A DNA stretch of 64,000 bases, taken from NCBI RefSeq assembly GCF_009914755.1, contig NC_060929.1; one strand, written 5' to 3'. Positions within the stretch are counted from its first letter, which is position 1, and every line of letters starts with the position of its first letter. A model generated the notes under the pieces. It searched no databases and had not been told where the DNA came from. It was given only the letters and a program-made list of their open reading frames with translations. Made by a program: the position numbers and the translations under genes. Of this stretch, positions 58,196-64,000 are shown piece after piece. The DNA is from the human T2T-CHM13v2.0 reference genome, Homo sapiens.

Positions 58196-58630
58196 GATTT
58201 TGGTACCAGGAAGAGGGGTGCTGCTGGAGCAAATACTTAAAAATGTGAAAGCGGCTTTCAAGTTGGATAATGGGTAGAGGCAAAAAGATTTGAGGCACAG
58301 AATAGAAAAAGCCTAGATTGCCTTGAAGAAACTATCTGTAGAAATGTAGACACGAAAGGTGATTCTGGTGTGACAGAATGCCATGTAATGACAGAGGCAG
58401 AGGCTGGAGTGCTCCATCTACAAGTCAAGGAGCCTTAAGCATTGCTGGCTGTCACCAGTAGCTAAAATTTTGAGAGGCTTGGAACAGATTCTTCCTCAGA
58501 GTCCTCAGAAATAAACAACTGTGCTGATACCTTAATTTTGGACTCTTAGCCTCCAGAACTGTAAGTCAATAAATTTCTGTTGTTTTAAGCAACACAGTTT
58601 GTATTACAGCAGCCATAGGACACTATTTCA
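58196..58630 (+). mobile_element. MaLR internal 5' stub (58196 to about 58372) plus the 3' part of an MLT1C-like LTR (about 58378-58630)
   Basis: 'GATTTTGGTACCAGGAAG.GGGGTGCTGCTG..AAATAC.TAAAAATGTG'; 'GCCTCCAGAACTGTAAG..AATAAATTTCTGTTGTTTTAAGC'. Confidence 0.75.
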
Positions 58631-59859
58631 CATCCTTTCCCATTTCCCAGAGGATTAAAGAATTTCGCATAAACACAGCATTGTTAAAATCATGCTACTG
58701 TATTTCAGCAAATATTGCTGCTATTAGGCAACATGCATCTCTTAGATTAGAGAAGAATCATATGATCTTATACTCACAATTTTATATATTAAAACCTAAA
58801 AACATTAATGTTATTATATTTAATGTACAAGTAACCTTTACTTTATTTAAATAGCTCAGATTTATAAGCAGCACGTTCATAATAAAATACTACCATATAA
58901 TAAAATTTAGAGGGCTGAGAGGATTATATATATCTTTGCTTTAGTGACAGGGCTAAGAATTACTTCTTTAAACTAAGAGCATATGTGTCACAAAATCTAA
59001 TTCTTGGAAAATTGTAGGAAAACACTGATACCAATATGCATCTATAGGGAATTAATTGAAAAATACAATAAAGTATTTTTATAACAATATAGCTATTTTT
59101 ATAGGAACTCATAATGATAAAAAAGCTTACATGGTTTCAATTTTAGGACCTAATTACCATAACACTAATCATTGACTGGAAAGAGAACAGTTTTCTCCCA
59201 AATTGTTGAAATTCTAACTAAACACATGTATGAATGTATATGGTAGGATTTCTGGATTTTCCCCCAAGCGTTATAAAACAGTAGGTCCTCTTAGAATATT
59301 AAACTGGAAATACCAATACATTCTATTAATATATTGATATTTATTTATTAATATTAACATTTCTTACCTGTTAAAAATTTACTCAGAGGATTTCTGGTAA
59401 TATAATCACATGTGATAATGTATGTCATGAAATTGAGTATTATTCATTCCTAATGAAGGATTTGCCAGTTTCATGCCTATAAGGAAGTCCCTTGTATTAC
59501 AAAGTCTATTTCTGGAAAACTTCTAAAGGAGATATTCCAGTTGCCATATTTTGGCTTTACAGGTAATGCCTGAAAGTTGAGGTATCTGGTTTCCCTGTCT
59601 CTCATCCAATACTCCTGCAAGGAGAGGCTCAGATATTATTCAGAAGCACTTGGAAAATTACCAATTATGGCTGTGGAATCTCTTTTGTTCTGGAATGGTT
59701 TTAGATGTTATTGATACTTCTAGTTACTTCAGCTGCATTGATAGTGTAGTTTCAGGAGTGTAGTTGAAAGAGCCTGAGAGTATGAACCCTGTGTCTGATA
59801 CATAACTGCTGTATGACTTTATAGGAGTGAGTCAATACAAAAATATAGTAAAATTTACA

Positions 59860-60062
59860 GATTACTGAGCACCTCTTGTGTTACAGATGTGTCTCTATGT
59901 GTTTTTTATTCATTACTCTACTTCTCAGAATAATCTTCCAAGGCAGGTATTATTCTACAGATGAGAAATCAGAGGTCCCAGAAGTTCAAGTGAGTTGCCC
60001 AATTAAATGACTATCCAAGGCAAGTAAATAATGATATTGAGATTCACATCCAGATGTGTCTC
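59860..60062 (-). mobile_element. MIR
   Basis: 'AGGCAGGTATTATTCTACAGATGAGAAATCAGAGG..AGAAGTTCAAGTGAGTTGCCCAA'. Confidence 0.7.
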
Positions 60063-60946
60063 ATTTTGCTTATCTATAAATTAGTAACAATAATTCCTCA
60101 TTTATAGCAATGTTGAAATCATGTTCTCTCTTATTCTACTTCATAAGACGACCTGATGCAAAACCTCTGGTACAGATAATAAAGAGTAGAGAGAAATATT
60201 AATACAAGGCTGTTTGGGTTATTTGTGAGACTGCTGCACTTTGATATAGGCAGGTGAGAGCCAAATGATTCTCAGTACAACGCCGAGGGAGAAGAGAGGA
60301 AGGGTGGGAGGTCTCAGATAAATTGTTGGCCTTTGTAAATATGCTAACCTTATAGATAACCTGTGGTAGGGTGAAGCTGAGCCTGAAAGATTCTCACTTA
60401 TTCATCCTCAAAGGAAAGCTGTTTTCTCCCTCTTAAACCTATGAATATGGTCAGAAAGTAACAACCTTCAGAAATATAAGGCCCTACACAAGTTTTCAGT
60501 GGCTGTATTGGAGTTTTCCCATACAAGCTACTGAAATTGTCACACATAACAATATTAACCTTAAATGTAAACAGGCTAAATGCCCCAATTAAAAGATAGA
60601 GACTGGCAAATTGGATAAAGAGTCAACACCCATCGATGTGCTGTATTTAGGAGATCCATCTTATGTGCAAAGACACACATAAGCTCAAAATAAGGAGATG
60701 GAGGAATATTTACCAAGCAAATGGAAAGCAAAATAAGGCAGGGGTTGCAATCCTAGTGTCTGATAAAACAGACTTTAAACCAACAAAGATCGAAAAAGAC
60801 AAAGAAGGGTATTACATAATAGTAAAGGGACCAATGCAACAGGAAGAGCTAACTATCCTAAATATATATGCACCCAATACAGGAGCCCCCAGATTCATAA
60901 AGCAAATTCTTAGAGACCTACAAAGAGAGTTAGACTCCCACACAAT

Positions 60947-61759
60947 TGTAGGGGTGGGTTGCCCCTACACACCTGTGGGTGTTTCTCCTAAGGTGGGGAT
61001 GAGTCAGGGTCACAAGACAATTGTGGGGAGAGGCTCAGCAGACAAACACGTGAACAAAGGTCTTTGCATCATAGACAATGTAAAGGATTAAGTGCTGTGC
61101 TTTTAGATATGCATACACATAAACATCTCAATGCTTTACAAAGCAGTATTGCTGCCCGCAGGTCCCACCTCCAGCCCTAAGGCGGTTTTTCCCTATCTCA
61201 GTAGATGGAGCATACAGTCGGGTTTTATACCGAGACATTCCATTGCCCAGGGACGGGCAGGAGACAGATGCCTTCCTCTTGTCTCAACTGCAAGAGGCAT
61301 TCCTTCCTCTTTTACTAATCCTCCTCAGCACAGACCCTTTACGGGTGTCGGGCTGGGGGACGGTCAGGTCTTTCCCTTCCCACGAGGCCATATTTCAGAC
61401 TATCACATGGGGAGAAACCTTGGACAATACCTGGCTTTCCTAGGCAGAGGTCCCTGCGGCCTTCCGCAGTTTTTGTGTCCCTGGGTACTTGAGATTAGGG
61501 AGTGGTGATGACTCTTAAGGAGCATGCTGCCTTCAAGCATCTGTTTAACAAAGCACATCTTGCACCGCCCTTAATCCATTTAACTCTGAGTTGACACAGC
61601 ACATGTTTCAGAGAGCACGGGGTTGGGGGTAAGGTTATAGATTAACAGAATCTCAAGGCAGAAGAATTTTTCTTAGTACATAACAAAATGGAGTCTCCTA
61701 TGTCTACTTCTTTCTACACAGACACAGTAACAATCTGATCTCTCTTGCTTTTCCCCACA
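60947..61759 (-). mobile_element. HERV-K (HML-2) solo LTR, LTR5_Hs type, 813 bp, with an internal R/U5 deletion
   Basis: The minus strand begins TGTGGGGAAAAGCAAGAGAGATCAGATTG and ends CAACCCACCCCTACA; perfect 6-bp TSD CACAAT at 60941-60946 and 61760-61765. Confidence 0.96.
61062..61069 (-). promoter_or_regulatory. OCT4-type octamer-like motif of LTR5_Hs (ATGCAAAG)
   Basis: The motif lies about 691-698 nt into the LTR, the position reported for LTR5_Hs; activity at this copy is unknown. Confidence 0.6.
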
Positions 61760-64000
61760 CACAATAATGGTGGGAGACTCCAACAACCCACTGTCAATAT
61801 TAGACAGAACAACGAGAAAGAAAATTAACAAGGATATTTAAGACTTGAACTCAGCTTGGGAGCAAGCAGGCCTAACAGACATCTACACAACTCTCCACCC
61901 ATTCTGTTCTAAGCTCTGTCAGTCAATGGAGAGTCTAATAACACCAGTGAACCCCTACTCAGGAAGCACAAGAGAAGAATTAGTCTCTAAGCGTAGTGAG
62001 GCCGAATTTCCCAACTACTCCATTAGTTAGTGAAACCCTCACATGTTGTAAAAAGAGAAAATTGAGAGACACCACAGCAATAGTGTTACTTGACAATTAT
62101 AGATATTATAATTAAAGCACCTGGTATAAACTCAGCACATTGTAGTCATTCATGATGATGATGGTGATTATGGAGATAATTATGACTATAAAATGGTCTT
62201 CATTCCAATGAGACTGTTATTTGAATTGCTTGGCTTCAAATGGGAAACCCTGAAGGACAGCACATGTCAGTTTTCTATGCTTACACAATAACCTACACAG
62301 CTCCCTTGTGTAAAAGAAGCTAATAAAAATAAATGTAATATTATGGTGAGGATGATATGATTAATTCTAATAACCAGTGATTACCATGAGCTCAAAGGTA
62401 CATGATTGCCACTATAATAGGAAGCAGGATAAAATGGAATTGCCACATATTCCATATCCTAAATAAACGTCACATTGATCATTCAACATCAGTTTTATTT
62501 ATTTGGCTGCAATATAATTCATATGTACACTTGAGAACTAAGTAGGAGAGTTTAGCAAAATTTCTATTTCTAAAAATAGAAGTGATGAAGACATAAAATA
62601 GTTTCCATGTTCTCTTAAACAGAGATACACATAAACATATCATCCAGGAAAAAGAAGTACAGTACCATTTTGTATGTTTCAGACACATGTTTTCTTTGCA
62701 CAAAGGCTAAACATAGGAGTAATTTATATAGTATTTTCTCATAACAAATTGTATTTCAAAGAAAATTGTTATTTCCAAGACTTGCTCATAAAATAACAGC
62801 CTTTGTAGGTCTTCACCATGAATTTTATATAAACTATACGAGATTGTTTCAGAATTTTGGCTATATTTTTCCTTATAGCTAAGAATAATGGGTAATAATT
62901 CCTTCTACCTTTAAAAGGAAACACTTGAAAAAAAACATGTGGAAATCTCATCAAAACCATAACCAACCCTGAGATCTTAGTCGTATCACTCATCTTCAGC
63001 CCATGTAGGTAAAGCCTAGACATTGGATAGAGAGGGAGATCTTTTAATGGAAATTTGTGCAATAAGAACACTGTTATGCCTCTCTGTTCTTTATTTTGGG
63101 TAGAAATGAGGAGAGAGAGCTTTCTCCCCTCAAGTGGAAAAGCAGGAGTGGCCAAAGAGCTCATCAGAGATTTTGGAAGTGGCTTTCCAGCTAGGAATAT
63201 TTTTTTCCTGCATGAATGCCACCAAAGTGCTCAAGAATATAGACCTTTTCTAATTTGCTACTGAAAGGGAGTAGGAAGAAATTATTAAGACAATGAGACA
63301 CGTATCCCCTGCAGTTTGTTGGTCAGAGAAAATGATGCCTGACTTTCACAGAAGTCTAAAGGAAAGAGGTTGGCTGTAGCCTCCTCTGATTTCAGGGAAA
63401 GAAGCATGTCTACCTTTGGAACAACTTTTATTTATTTTCTTTAGCTGGGAAAAGGTGTAAGGTTTCTCATGGGCCAAGTGAATGCTTAAAAGGTAGCCAG
63501 ACTAGAGCCATCTCAAAAGGACTAAAAGGACCTTGACCAAGGAGGATCTCTCCTGGTATGATGGGAGCCCAGGAAAAAGAAATACTGTGGGGTCTTATGT
63601 TAGAAGGCAGGAGTTAGAGGGGCAGTAAACAATGAGCTGGTGAGTATATGACTTGCACCTGGCAAAGGTGCCATAAAGGGCTTCTTGGTGAGGATTCTCT
63701 GACATTTCCGTCACTTGTGTGTCCTATGAGAAAGAGCCAGCCTTTGGGCATCCACCTCCCTGAGAATCAATTATCACATTGTAACAGCAAAAGTCAGATC
63801 TTGCTTCATTTCTCTGATTCTACTTTCCCTCTGTCCCTCAGTCAGAAGAAGCCAGAAGCAACAGTTTATTTGGAATAAGAAAAGAGACAAAACAGAACAC
63901 ATTCCCCCTTTCTAATACAGATACCCATCCTTGTGCCTAGTCTGAGGATGATGAAAGGATAAATTTTAAATTGGATGTGAGATGCTAGTATTGAATTAGA

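Larger units (their letters stand above)
60540..61900 (+). mobile_element. Isolated L1PA (about PA7/8) ORF2 endonuclease-domain fragment, split by LTR5_Hs
   Basis: Peptide '..KAGVAILVSDKTDFKPTKI..LNIYAPNTGAPRFIKQ..DSHTI' resumes after the LTR as ATAATGGTGGGAGAC.. and ends at CTCTCCACCC. Confidence 0.92.

Noticed and set aside
60663-61091. 142-aa L1 endonuclease/HERV-K LTR chimeric ORF
   Set aside because: It is chance read-through from a partial endonuclease domain into antisense LTR; it lacks the start and end of the domain and has no evident promoter.
62769-63264. 131-aa and 69-aa ORFs in unique sequence
   Set aside because: They have no recognisable domain or exon structure, and their lengths are compatible with chance.

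Overview
This window is hominid, most likely human, AT-rich and gene-poor DNA (intergenic or deep intronic), and it is dominated by transposable elements. I found no host protein-coding exon, RNA gene or CRISPR array; the long ORFs in the track are L1, SVA, MaLR, Alu or HERV-K LTR sequence. The main elements are: an MST-type MaLR (10.6-12.8 kb); an older SVA inserted in the tail of an L1PA 3' fragment (13.5-15.0 kb); MER44; three Alus; old L1MC blocks (33.8-38.5 kb); a near full-length L1MA1/2-type LINE (39.1-53.1 kb); an MLT2/MLT1 composite; and an LTR5_Hs solo LTR with an internal deletion, sitting inside an isolated L1 endonuclease fragment (60.5-61.9 kb). The large L1MA carries three nested younger L1s, one of them a full-length L1PA3 that keeps the ZNF93-bound 129-bp segment. 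I see no evidence for a new biological system. The notable points are mechanistic: three apparent twin-priming inversions (one seemingly primed twice in the poly(A) tail), a poly(A)-only insertion inside the SVA, and an LTR5_Hs lacking its poly(A) signal. Subfamily names come from recalled consensus sequences, not a search, and the boundaries of old repeats are approximate.
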